Shown piece after piece: positions 9,414 to 18,386 of a stretch of DNA of 64,000 nt. The notes under the pieces are model-generated. The model made no database searches. It was not told the origin of the DNA and saw only the letters and a program-made list of their open reading frames with translations. The stretch spans positions 10,903 to 74,902 of the forward strand of contig DAHVCP010000040.1 of NCBI GenBank assembly GCA_027314025.1, in the 5' to 3' direction. Positions within the stretch are counted from its first letter, which is position 1, and each line of letters opens with the position of its first letter. The DNA comes from Acidobacteriota bacterium. GTDB lineage: Bacteria > Acidobacteriota > Terriglobia > Terriglobales > SCQP01. The position numbers and the translations under genes are program-made.

Positions 9414-10562
9414 CTATTTTCCGGCCGCGGCCGCTCCCGGGCGGCGCAACCAGGCTTCGATGGGACGGGAGGGATACGCCGGCTGGTAGCCGTCCATCAA
9501 AATGGTCCTCCCCTGGGCGGCGGATTCATAAGCGGCGAACAGGATGCGCAGCACCTCGCGGCCGTCGGCGCCGGTCTCGCGCGGCTCCAGCCCGAAGCGC
9601 AGGCAGTCCGCCATGTGCTGGATTTCCTGCGGAAAGCCGTAGTTCCAGCCTTCCTCGAAGACGGTGAAGGAGTAGCCGCGCGTGCTGGCGGCCTTCTCCA
9701 TGGCGTAGCCGTAGCCGGGGTTGCTCCAGGTCTTCATGGCGTTGCCGTGCACCAGGTCGCAGAACACCGAACCTTCGGTGCCGTAGACCTCGGCGCGGTC
9801 GTCAATGCCGCCGAAAAACGCCCAGCTATCCTCGATGAGCGCGCGCCCGCCGCCCTCGAACTCCAGCACCAACAGCCCGTCGTCCTCGGCGCGGGTGCGG
9901 CCGGCGTGGGCCACGGTGGCGCAGTGCGCGGTGACGGCGCGAATCTTCGGCTTGTCGTAGATCCAGCGGGCGAACTCGATGCCGTGGCAGCCCATGTCGA
10001 ACAGCACGCCGCCGCCGGAGCGGTCCACGTCCCAGAACCAGGGCGAATGCGGGCCGGAATGCTTCTCCAACTGCTTGACCAGATAGGGGCGGCCCAGCGC
10101 GCCTTCCTCGATCAGCTGCTTGATGCGCACGTATTTCGGCGCGAAGACCAGTTCCTCGGCGTAGAACAAATGGCGCTTGGCGGCGGCGCAGGCGGCGATC
10201 ATCTGGTCGGCTTCGGCCAGCGTCATGCACAGCGGCTTTTCCATGGCCACGTGCTTGCCGGCTTGCGCCGCAGCGATGACCACGCGCGCGTGCAGGTCGT
10301 TGGGCACGCCGATCAGCACCAAATCAATGTCCTTGCGGTCCAGCAGCGCGCGCGTGTCGGTAAAGGCGTGGGGAATGGCGAACTCCCGCGCCAGCGCCTC
10401 GGCATGGCCGGCGGTGGGCGAGGCGACGGCGCGCAGTTCGGCGCCGGTCACGAAGCGCCGCACGGCTTCGGCATGGGCGCGGGCGATGAATTGGGAACCA
10501 ATGAGGCCGATGCCGATGACCGGCGCGGAGGCGGGGGAACTGCTGGGGTTCGTGGTGGGCAT
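9414..10562 (-). CDS. Gfo/Idh/MocA family NAD(P)-dependent oxidoreductase
   Basis: Rossmann N-terminus [27 protein letters not shown] motif, and a C-terminal alpha/beta domain. The start is taken at ATG 10562 (MPTTNP..). Confidence 0.85.
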   Translation of the reverse strand: MPTTNPSSSPASAPVIGIGLIGSQFIARAHAEAVRRFVTGAELRAVASPTAGHAEALAREFAIPHAFTDTRALLDRKDIDLVLIGVPNDLHARVVIAAAQAGKHVAMEKPLCMTLAEADQMIAACAAAKRHLFYAEELVFAPKYVRIKQLIEEGALGRPYLVKQLEKHSGPHSPWFWDVDRSGGGVLFDMGCHGIEFARWIYDKPKIRAVTAHCATVAHAGRTRAEDDGLLVLEFEGGGRALIEDSWAFFGGIDDRAEVYGTEGSVFCDLVHGNAMKTWSNPGYGYAMEKAASTRGYSFTVFEEGWNYGFPQEIQHMADCLRFGLEPRETGADGREVLRILFAAYESAAQGRTILMDGYQPAYPSRPIEAWLRRPGAAAAGK

Positions 10563-10667
10563 AAGCGCAAACGCCGCCGGGCGGCGGCGCACCAACGACC
10601 CCGCCCCGGGCGGCGACAACACCGCTCAGGATACAACAACGCCCGCCGCGCCTCCCGGGCCGCGCGC

Positions 10668-10712
10668 GAGTGCGCTAGCATGCTAGAGAACTGTGGCTGG
10701 AGTGGCAGACGC
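10668..10712 (+). other. tRNA-Leu-derived relic (upstream box plus 5' acceptor/D-arm with 8-nt deletion)
   Basis: Sequence is GAGTGCGCTA-N18-GCTGGAGTGGCAGACGC. It matches the box upstream of the functional tRNA-Leu and tRNA positions 1-11 and 20-25. The deletion lies between the two TGGC direct repeats of the tRNA. It also contains the perfect palindrome CTAGCATGCTAG (10675..10686). Confidence 0.45.
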
Positions 10713-10770
10713 GGCGGGCCAATGCTTTCGAGCCCACCTGGACGGACGGGGCGGTGCCAACACCATCGCG

Positions 10771-11355
10771 ATGAAGGCGGTGCAATTTAGCGGAGCGCAA
10801 CCAATGCAACCACCGGGCGATGCAGTTCGGGCTTTCGGTTCCGCAATCGGCGTGACCATCCTCAGCCTCTTTGGCGCGGCGTGGATTTTCCTTCCCCTGC
10901 TCAGCCGGCATTCCGCGCCGGTTCTTTACGTGCCGCCGGTTTTGCTGATGCTCCTATTGGTGTGCGGAGGGACCATCGCCGTGCGCAAAAATGCCGCTGC
11001 GGCGCGTTCATCCATGGACCCCGGCTTCCGCCGGAAGATTGGGAGGGTCTTCGGCATTGTCAACGCCGTGGAGTGGACTCTGGTATTGATTGCCACAACG
11101 CTCCTCGGCCGTTACGGCCTGAGCTGGCTGATTGTCCCCGTCATCGTCATTATCGTGGGTCTGCACTTGCTCCCGCTGGCGAGGCTCTTTGAGCGTAATC
11201 TGTTCTACGTCGCCGGCGCGGCGCTGGTGGCCTGGGCAGCCACGATGGCATTGGCGTTGCCCGCCACGCTGGCGCCGGTGATCACCGCTATCGGCACCGG
11301 GATTTTATTGTGGATTACAGCGGCGATCCTTTTGTTTCAAACCGGCATCTTCTGA
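10771..11355 (+). CDS. Hypothetical integral membrane protein (5-6 TM)
   Basis: ORF 10693..11355 with high GC3 and several hydrophobic spans. I recognise no family. The start is taken at ATG 10771 (MKAVQF..). Confidence 0.6.
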   Translation: MKAVQFSGAQPMQPPGDAVRAFGSAIGVTILSLFGAAWIFLPLLSRHSAPVLYVPPVLLMLLLVCGGTIAVRKNAAAARSSMDPGFRRKIGRVFGIVNAVEWTLVLIATTLLGRYGLSWLIVPVIVIIVGLHLLPLARLFERNLFYVAGAALVAWAATMALALPATLAPVITAIGTGILLWITAAILLFQTGIF

Positions 11356-11540
11356 GGTTCGGGTGACCGGGAACGCCCGGGCCTCGGCCTGGCGATACCG
11401 TTTGACGGGCGCGGGCCCCAGCCTCGCCGCCGGCGGGGCGCCCGGCGTAACCGCCCGGCGCGGCCGGGGATCCGGCCTCCAGCCCGGCTGTTGCTTGGCG
11501 CGGGGCGCCGCCCCGCTGGCGTGTCGCCAGCGTTCGGGCC

Positions 11541-11903
11541 TCATTTCAGAAAGCTGCGTACGATCACCATCAGTTCATTCGCGGCCCGTTTCCTCTCGCT
11601 GACGTTCTGCGTAACCATGGTTCGCTATTCGAGTTCCTGCGCAATACGAGTCTCGATGCACGCGACTACTTTTCGCCGGCACGCGCCGCGTTCCAGCAAA
11701 ACCAGTACGGGGGCACGCTCGGCGGCCCGCTCAAGAAAAACAAGGTGTTCTATTTCGCCGACTTTCAGGGCCAGAACACCGTACAGGGAATCGAAACCGG
11801 TATCGTGAGCGTGCCTTGGCTCGCCAACCGCCGGGGCGACTTCGCCGACTCCGCCGCAACCCTCACGGGAAAGGTGAACGGCGCCTCAACGCCCCGGTCG
11901 TGA
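11541..11903 (+). pseudogene. Internal fragment of an acidobacterial-type TonB-dependent receptor
   Basis: A frame absent from the ORF track (no start codon) reads ..NHGSLFEFLRNTSLDARDYFSPARAAFQQNQYGGTLGGPLKKNKVFYFADFQGQNTVQGIETGIVSVPWLANRRGDFADS.. then a stop at 11901. This is the conserved HGS-x-FEF-x-RN / NQFGG-x-GGP / FFFADY-x-G stretch. The N- and C-terminal parts are missing. Confidence 0.5.
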
Positions 11904-13022
11904 CCGCGCCCGTCGTGGTCACCGATACCTCCGGCCGCGTGCTGTGGTATTACCAACTGCACGAAACCGACCTGGAGCTGGCCCCCAGCCAGGTCGGCCC
12001 GGATGGCGACATCTATCTCCTGCTGGAAGCGCCGCGGACCTACAGCGTCCATGACCGCAGCGCCAGCGGCGTGCGCGAGGTGGATCTCGCCGGCGACACC
12101 CTGCACGAACTCCGCGGTCCCCAAATCAACGCCGAGTTGGCCGCCGCCGGCGCCGATTTCTCCGTCGCCGGCTTCAGCCATGATCTTTTGCCCCTGCCCA
12201 ATGGCCACCTCGTGCTGCTCGCCGAGATCTACAAAACCTTCACCGGCCCCACCTGTTGCGACGGCGTGCGCACCACGCTGATCGGACTCGGCATCGTGGA
12301 CCTGGACGCCCAGTGGCACGTGGATTGGTTCTGGAACGGCTTCGACCACCTCGACCCCAACCGCATCGTCAACGGCTTCGGCCCCTACCCCCCCCGACTG
12401 GACCCACGCCAACGCCCTGCTGTACACCGCCGACCATGACCTTCTGCTCTCGCTTCGCCACCAGAGCTGGATTTTGAAAATTGCTTACGCCGACGGCCAG
12501 GGCAGCGGCGATGTGCTGTGGAAGTTGGGCTGGCAGGGCGACTTCACGCTCACCAGCGGCGGCCCCAGCCAATGGTTCTACGGCCAGCACGGCCGCGCAA
12601 TCCTCGCCGACGATGGCCACCAAATGACCCTCGGGGTCTTCGACGACGGCAACTATCGCGTGCTGGATGATTCGGCTTCGCCGCCGCTACAGTGCGGCAT
12701 CGGCGCCGGCCCCGCCTGCTATAGCCGCGGCGTCATCTACCAGATCAACCAGGACGCCCGCACCGCCCAGGTCGTCTGGCAATTCCTGCCCGGCATGTTC
12801 AGCTTCTGGGGCGGCGACATCCGCCGCCTGCTGAATGGCGACATGGAGATCGCCCTCAGCGCCGGCGCTCCGCCCAACCCGCTGGCGGATTCCATGGACT
12901 TCGAAGTCACGCACGCAACGCCGCCCAAGATCGTTGGGCGCTTCCCCGACGGCGCCTTCGCCTATCGCGCCTTCCGCCTGCCTAGCCTCTACCCCGGCGT
13001 CACCTGGCGAACCGTCCCCTAG
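11885..13022 (+). pseudogene. Arylsulfotransferase (ASST) family beta-propeller protein, 5'-truncated and frameshifted
   Basis: ORFs 11816..12439 and 12474..13022 are two halves of one protein. The frame switches inside a C8 run (12388..12395). With C7 the text reads NGFGPYPPDWTHANALLYTADHDLLLSLRHQSWILKIAYADGQGSGDVLWKLG, the ASST core motif. No signal peptide or start is present. Confidence 0.6.
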
Positions 13023-13152
13023 GCCGCGCGCCCCCTAAGCCGGTCGGAGGTGGTGGCCACTCGGCCAGGTGCGGTTCGTCCTGCGAGCGGGTGTATCCTG
13101 AGCCGATGCCAAGCCGCCCAAAACGGGAACTCCTGTTCAGGACGGTTCGCGG

Positions 13153-14733
13153 ATGGGAATAGCACCGAAGCTGGCTCGCCCGGTCGAGGACGGGGCCGGG
13201 CGGGAGTGCGCGACGGGCAAAGAGCTCCGCCGGACGGCCGGCATTCTGACGTTCGGGCTGATGGTGCTGACCATCCTGGCCTGCGTTCCCTACGCCCCCC
13301 AAGGCCCGTTCGACGCCCGGACCTACACGCGGCTGGCGGGCATCCGGCTTGAGCAGCATTCCTGGACCGCCCTGCTCGAGCCGCTGTTTGCTCCGCTGAA
13401 GATCATCGCCGGCGCCCCGGATTTCTGGATTGCCACCGTTTCCGTGCTGGCATGGACGGTGTTGACGGCGGCGGTTCTGGGGCTGTTCGCCGCGCGTCGC
13501 GCGGGGAGCGGCAGACGGGGCGCGGCGGTGGTCTTCCGGGCGCTGCGCAGCGCGCTGGTGCTGATCGCGACGGTGGCGCTCCTCATCATGTTTTTCGCCA
13601 TCGCCCGCGTGCCCGGCTGGCGGCTGGTCGTTCGCAATCCCAACCGGATCGTCGCCGACCTGCACAGCCACACCGTTCTGTCCCATGACGGGTTGGCCTC
13701 GCTGCGAACCAATGTGCTTTGGCACCAATCCTCCGGATATACCATGGAGGCGATTACCGAGCATGATCACCTAATGGGCCACGCGATCTCGTGGCTGTCG
13801 CCCGCGGCCCTGGCCGCGATGCCGGCCCTGATGTCCGGGGTCGAGGACCATACCGGCCGGCGAGCGGTCTGCGTGGGCCTTTGCCCGAACACCGCCATGC
13901 ACATTGGCGGCGCGGTGCGCCACACGGCCTGGTTCGCGAAAACGATTCATGCCGCGGGCGGGGCGGTCTTCGTCGTGACGCTGAGGAACCTGACACCGAA
14001 CGACATCACGCGGCTGGCGGATGACGGCGTTGACGGGTTCGAAATCGCCAATGAGGGCCATCCCGGCCTGCCGCCGCGGCTGGCCCGGCGAGTGTTGGCG
14101 GTGAGCCGTGCCCGCGGGCTGGTTCTGCTGGCCGACTCGGATTACCACGGCTGGACGGGACTGGCCAGAACATGGAACGTCATCCGGGCGCCGGGAGCAG
14201 CCGCGCTGTCGCGCTCCCAAAGGGTGCGTGTCGTCCTGCGCAAGCTCAGACACCACGACAGCGCGGCGTTCATTCCGGTGGTGGCGGGATACATGGGCGC
14301 GCCCTCAATGGCGCGCGCCATCTTTGCCCCGTTCGTGGAATTTGCACGCTACGCCATGGAGCTGTCGCTGGCTCGAGTAGTCTCATGGTGGGTTTGGGCG
14401 TGGGGCGCATTTGGCGCGTACGTGCTGCTCGACCGGAGGCGCATGCGGGCAGGCAGCACGCTGCTTGCCGCCCTGGTCTGGGCCACGGGCGCGGGCTTGG
14501 TCGGCGCCGGCATTGCGCTCATCCGGCAGGGGCCGGGGATCACGGACTACGGGTTCCATGTCGGGCTGGCGACTACGGCGACCGGGGCGGTCGCTTGTCT
14601 CCTCGCGACGTTGCGCGGGCTCAGCCTGCTGGCGGCATATAGAAGGGACGATCGAATCTGGCGGAGCGCGACAGAGGTCACGTTGGCCGGTGCGAGCGTG
14701 GCAGTGGCGCCGGTGATGGAAGCAGCGCCGTGA
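13153..14733 (+). CDS. PHP-domain (polymerase/histidinol phosphatase-like) membrane protein
   Basis: 526-aa ORF. It has N- and C-terminal TM segments flanking a domain with ADLHSHTVLSHDG, ITEHDH and SDYHG metal-ligand motifs. Confidence 0.7.
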   Translation: MGIAPKLARPVEDGAGRECATGKELRRTAGILTFGLMVLTILACVPYAPQGPFDARTYTRLAGIRLEQHSWTALLEPLFAPLKIIAGAPDFWIATVSVLAWTVLTAAVLGLFAARRAGSGRRGAAVVFRALRSALVLIATVALLIMFFAIARVPGWRLVVRNPNRIVADLHSHTVLSHDGLASLRTNVLWHQSSGYTMEAITEHDHLMGHAISWLSPAALAAMPALMSGVEDHTGRRAVCVGLCPNTAMHIGGAVRHTAWFAKTIHAAGGAVFVVTLRNLTPNDITRLADDGVDGFEIANEGHPGLPPRLARRVLAVSRARGLVLLADSDYHGWTGLARTWNVIRAPGAAALSRSQRVRVVLRKLRHHDSAAFIPVVAGYMGAPSMARAIFAPFVEFARYAMELSLARVVSWWVWAWGAFGAYVLLDRRRMRAGSTLLAALVWATGAGLVGAGIALIRQGPGITDYGFHVGLATTATGAVACLLATLRGLSLLAAYRRDDRIWRSATEVTLAGASVAVAPVMEAAP

Positions 14734-14854
14734 CGCGGCGTGCGGCCGGTTTGCGGCGGCATGAAGAGGGCGCCGGCCGGCGCCGGCGGGGCCTGGACCG
14801 TAGGATGGCCGTTGGGTGGCGCGGGCCCCGGCACGGCGGCGCCAGGTTCACCGC

Positions 14855-14927
14855 GAGTGCGCTAATCTGCTGAAGAGTCGGGCTGGAGTGGCGGAATCCC
14901 GCCGAGGCGGGACAGGCTCACAATCGC
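14855..14927 (+). other. tRNA-Leu-derived relic (upstream box, 5' 15 nt, degenerate anticodon arm)
   Basis: Sequence is GAGTGCGCTAATCT-N13-GCTGGAGTGGCGGAA, then an inserted hairpin TCCCGCCGAGGCGGGA, then CAGGCTCACAATCGCG (compare tRNA CAGACTCAAAATCTGC). It is in inverted orientation relative to the functional tRNA-Leu about 400 bp away. Confidence 0.45.
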
Positions 14928-15226
14928 GGGGACGAGCGGGGGGCGCAGCCGCCCGGTGGAGCGGCTCCCGCCGCGAGCGCCTATGCCCCTGTTGCTTCCG
15001 CGCCCCATCCCCGGCATTGGCGATCATCGTGCATCCGCCCGCAGGGCCTCTGCCCATCGTCTACAACCGCCGCTCCAAACCAGAGGCCATCGAACCGAAA
15101 GCGGGTATTTGGCGCAGAGCCTACCCATTCTCGGAGCCGCCCGCGATGTTCCCTGAGAATATCGAAATACCACCAACCAATTGATTCTTAATACTTTGGA
15201 CCCAATTCCGGTTGGGGATTTATGGA

Positions 15227-15314
15227 TGGTGCTGGAGGGGGGAATCGAACCCCCATGGAGCTAAGCTCCGGCAGATTTTGAGTCTGCTGCGTCTGCCAGT
15301 TCCGCCACTCCAGC
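15227..15314 (-). tRNA. tRNA-Leu (anticodon CAA), class II with long variable arm, CCA encoded
   Basis: The reverse complement reads GCTGGAG TG GCGGAACTGGCAGACGC A GCAGA CTCAAAA TCTGC CGGAGCTTAGCTCCAT GGGGG TTCGATT CCCCC CTCCAGC A CCA. This gives a full cloverleaf with a 7-bp acceptor stem and a CAA anticodon. Confidence 0.92.
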
Positions 15315-15328
15315 GACGGGTCTCCTGT

Positions 15329-15342
15329 AGATTAGCGCATTC
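15329..15342 (-). promoter_or_regulatory. Conserved box GAATGCGCTAATCT upstream of tRNA-Leu (possible -10 TAATCT)
   Basis: It lies 14 nt upstream of tRNA position 1. The same box (GAGTGCGCTA..) precedes both tRNA-Leu relics at 10668 and 14855. Confidence 0.35.
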
Positions 15343-15532
15343 GCGGCGGGCGCGGCGGCGCAGCGCGGCGGTGCGGTGCAGGAGCCGGTGCGCCAACCGG
15401 CGCGGTTGCGGGCCGGGCGGCCCGCGCCCCCAGGGCCGGCGGCGCGCCGGAGCGTGCGGGCCGCCGTGGCTGCTGCTGCCGTTTCCGCCGCCCGGAGGCG
15501 ACTCAGTTTCCCGTGTCTCTGCTAGCCTTTAG

Positions 15533-15580
15533 CCGTACAATCCGCTAACCGTGCAGTCCGTTGACCGTACAACCCGCGCC
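15533..15580. promoter_or_regulatory. Three tandem 16-bp repeats upstream of the GH31 gene
   Basis: CCGTACAATCCGCTAA / CCGTGCAGTCCGTTGA / CCGTACAACCCGCGCC, located 78-125 bp upstream of ATG 15658. Confidence 0.3.
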
Positions 15581-15657
15581 GGCAAACCGCGCGAGTTACG
15601 CGGGCGCGGGCCAGGCGGCGCGAAACACGACGCATGAAACATGACCAGGAGAAGACC

Positions 15658-18039
15658 ATGACCCGGATATTCGATCGCCGCCGATTTCTGATCGGCTCCG
15701 CGCTGGCGGCGGCCGCATCGGCCGCGCCGCCAGGGACACTGGAGGCCGATCCGCCGCAGGCGCCTCCCGGCGCGGCTGCCATCACGCTGGAAGAGACGCC
15801 GGCGGGCATTCTCCTGCGGAACGGAACCGAAACGGTGCGCATCACGGTTTGCGCTCCGGATGTGATTCACGTCGTGGCGGGACCGGGAGATCCCGCCGGA
15901 GCGTCGCCGGAAACGCCGTGGATGGTCGCGCCAGTCACACCGCAGACGCCGCAGGTCACGCGGACGGCGGAGCGCGCGACCCTGCGCACCACGGGGATGT
16001 CCGTGGACATTGATCTGCGCATGGGGCTGCTGCGCTTCCTGGATCCGAACGGCAAGCCGCTGTTGCAGGAGTCGCCGCGCGTTCCCCGCCGCTATGTGCC
16101 CGTGGAGGTCAACGGAGAATCGCTGTACCGGGTGGATACCCGATTTTTTCCGGATGCGCTCGAAGGCTTTTACGGGCTGGGGCAGCACCAAAGCGGCGTT
16201 TTCGACTACCGCGGGGCCGTGATCGAGCTGGCGCAGGCCAACACCAACATCGCGATTCCGCTGCTGGTCTCCACGCTCGGCTACGGCCTGCTGTGGAACA
16301 CGGCGGCGAAATCGTATTTCGACAACCGCTTTCCCACCGAGCTCAAACTCAGCAGCGAAGCCGCCGACGCGATCGACTATTACGTCCTCTACGGGCCGTC
16401 CATGGACCGCATCATCCAGATCTACCGCACCATGACCGGGCACGCGCCGCTGTTCGGACGCTGGGCCTACGGCTTTGTGCAATCCAAGGACCGCTACACC
16501 TCGGCCAAGCAGCTGCTGGATGTCGCCGCAAGGTATCGCGACCACCAGGCGCCTCTCGACCTGATCGTGCAGGACTGGTTCTGGTGGAAGCGCCAGGGCG
16601 ATCCCGAATACTCCGCCGCCTACCTGAAGCCCTGGCCCGACGTGCCCGCGGCGCTGCGCCGCCTGCACGCCGAGCACGTCCACGCCATGATCTCGATCTG
16701 GGCGAAGTTCGACCTGCGCTCGCGCAATTACCGGGAGATGAAGCGGCGCGGCTGGATCATTCCGGGCGCGGACGTCTATGACGCGACCAACCCCGCCGCC
16801 CGCGATTACTATTGGCGGCGCCTGGTGGGCGTCAAATTCGCCGAGGGCTGGGATGCGTTTTGGCTCGACAGCAGCGAGCCGGAGATCTGGAACGGGCAAA
16901 GCGACGCCGCGCTGGACGGGCTGCGGCTCTCCATCGGCAACGGCGCGCGCTATACCAACATTTATCCGCTGATGCACGCCGGGGGCGTGCACGACCATTG
17001 GCGCCAGACCACGGACCGGAAGCGGGTCTTCATCCTGACCCGCTCCGGCTTCCTCGGCCTACAGCGCTACGCGGCCGCGGTCTGGTCGGGCGACGTGATC
17101 GGCAACTGGATGACCTTCCGCCGGCAGATCGCGGCCGGCCTCAACTATCAAATGTCGGGGCTGCCCTACTGGACCACGGACATCGCCGGCTACGGGTGGC
17201 CGTACGCACGCGATACGCGCGATCCCGCCTACCAGGAGCTCTACGTGCGCTGGTTTCAATACGGCGTCTTCTGCCCCATCCTGCGCACGCACGGCCACCG
17301 CGTCAACAACGTCAACAGCCTGTTCCGCTACGGGCCGCAAACCCCGACGCTGATTTTCTACGACCGGCTCCGGTATCGCCTGCTGCCCTATATTTATTCC
17401 CTCGCCTGGCGCGTCACCCACGACGATTACACGCTACAGCGCGGGCTGCCGATGGACTGGCCCGCGGACCGAAGGGTCCGCGCCATCGGCGATCAATTCA
17501 TGTTTGGCCCCGCGTTTCTGGTGGCGCCCGTCACCGAGCCCGGCGCGGAGACCCGCTCGGTCTACCTGCCGCCCGCCGCGGCGTGGTTCGACTTTTGGAG
17601 CGGCCAGCGCCTGGCCGGGGAGCAGACCGTGCAAGCGCCCGCGCCGCTCAATCGCATTCCGCTGTATGTGCGCGCCGGATCCATCGTGCCCCTCGGGCCG
17701 GTGGTGCAGGATGCCGACGGACAGGTAACGGAACTCGAGGTTCGCGTTTACCCCGGCGCTGACGCGGACTTCGCATGGTACTCGGACGCCGGCGACTCGT
17801 ATGACTATGAACAGGGCCAACGCAGGGTCGTGGCCATGCATTGGGATGACTCCACGCGTACCTTGGAGCTGGGCAAAGCCCAAGGCAGCTACCCCGAAAT
17901 GCCCGGCCGGGTGCGCATTCGCCTAGTAGTGGTGCGGCCGGACCACGGGGCGGGGGCTGAGGTTGCGACCGCCACGGATGGCGCGGGCGAATACACCGGC
18001 GCGCTCCTTCGCATCACGGCGGACGAGCGGAATGCCTAA
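15658..18039 (+). CDS. Glycoside hydrolase family 31 (alpha-glucosidase/alpha-xylosidase-like), Tat signal
   Basis: ORF 15634..18039. GGAGAAG RBS before ATG 15658. Twin-arginine signal MTRIFDRRRFLIGSALAAAASA. GH31 core motifs: DLIVQDWFWW, AFWLDSSEPE, VWSGDV, WTTDIAGY. Confidence 0.85.
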   Translation: MTRIFDRRRFLIGSALAAAASAAPPGTLEADPPQAPPGAAAITLEETPAGILLRNGTETVRITVCAPDVIHVVAGPGDPAGASPETPWMVAPVTPQTPQVTRTAERATLRTTGMSVDIDLRMGLLRFLDPNGKPLLQESPRVPRRYVPVEVNGESLYRVDTRFFPDALEGFYGLGQHQSGVFDYRGAVIELAQANTNIAIPLLVSTLGYGLLWNTAAKSYFDNRFPTELKLSSEAADAIDYYVLYGPSMDRIIQIYRTMTGHAPLFGRWAYGFVQSKDRYTSAKQLLDVAARYRDHQAPLDLIVQDWFWWKRQGDPEYSAAYLKPWPDVPAALRRLHAEHVHAMISIWAKFDLRSRNYREMKRRGWIIPGADVYDATNPAARDYYWRRLVGVKFAEGWDAFWLDSSEPEIWNGQSDAALDGLRLSIGNGARYTNIYPLMHAGGVHDHWRQTTDRKRVFILTRSGFLGLQRYAAAVWSGDVIGNWMTFRRQIAAGLNYQMSGLPYWTTDIAGYGWPYARDTRDPAYQELYVRWFQYGVFCPILRTHGHRVNNVNSLFRYGPQTPTLIFYDRLRYRLLPYIYSLAWRVTHDDYTLQRGLPMDWPADRRVRAIGDQFMFGPAFLVAPVTEPGAETRSVYLPPAAAWFDFWSGQRLAGEQTVQAPAPLNRIPLYVRAGSIVPLGPVVQDADGQVTELEVRVYPGADADFAWYSDAGDSYDYEQGQRRVVAMHWDDSTRTLELGKAQGSYPEMPGRVRIRLVVVRPDHGAGAEVATATDGAGEYTGALLRITADERNA

Positions 18040-18159
18040 TCCGGTCACCCCGCTGCCGGCCGGCGGCGCCGCGGCCAACGCCGCGCCCCCCTTGGGCCGC
18101 AGGACACAGGCTAAGGCCTATGCCGCAAGGCGGGCGAGGCCGCCCGCGCCCCCAGGATC

Positions 18160-18357
18160 CGGCCGCGCCCAGCGCGACCGCACGCAATCGCCGCCGAGCG
18201 CCGCCGCGGAGATAGTGGGATGGGCGTCCTCGCCTGTCCGCCCCGTTCTATCCGATCCGGCCGCGCCCAGCGCGACCGCACGCAAGCCGGAGGCTACCCC
18301 GCCGCCAGCCGGCGCGTAAGCGGGACGCCCCGCCGCAGGCGGGGCTGGGGCCCGCGC
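18160..18357. repeat. Mosaic intergenic hairpin repeat block (M4 partial, M3, M4, M1)
   Basis: Modules in order: gcgcccagcgcgaccgcacgcaa (18165), gggatgggcgtcctcgcctgtccgccc (18217), gcgcccagcgcgaccgcacgcaagccggaggctacccc (18263), gtaagcgggacgccccgccgcaggcggggctggggcccgcgcc (18315). Confidence 0.85.
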
Positions 18358-18386
18358 CAAGCAATGGTCCGCGCTACACTCCCGCC

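Noticed and set aside
15080-15140. tRNA-like T-arm string ggccatcgaaccgaaagc and tggcgcagagcc
   Set aside because: No 5-bp T-stem flanks the TTCGATG loop, and no acceptor or anticodon arms could be built on either strand.
14734-15226. Integrated mobile element next to the tRNA-Leu 3' end
   Set aside because: There is an AT-rich patch and a tRNA-derived inverted relic. However, there is no integrase or recombinase, no direct repeat of the tRNA 3' end, and no cargo genes. I report it only as a possible scar.
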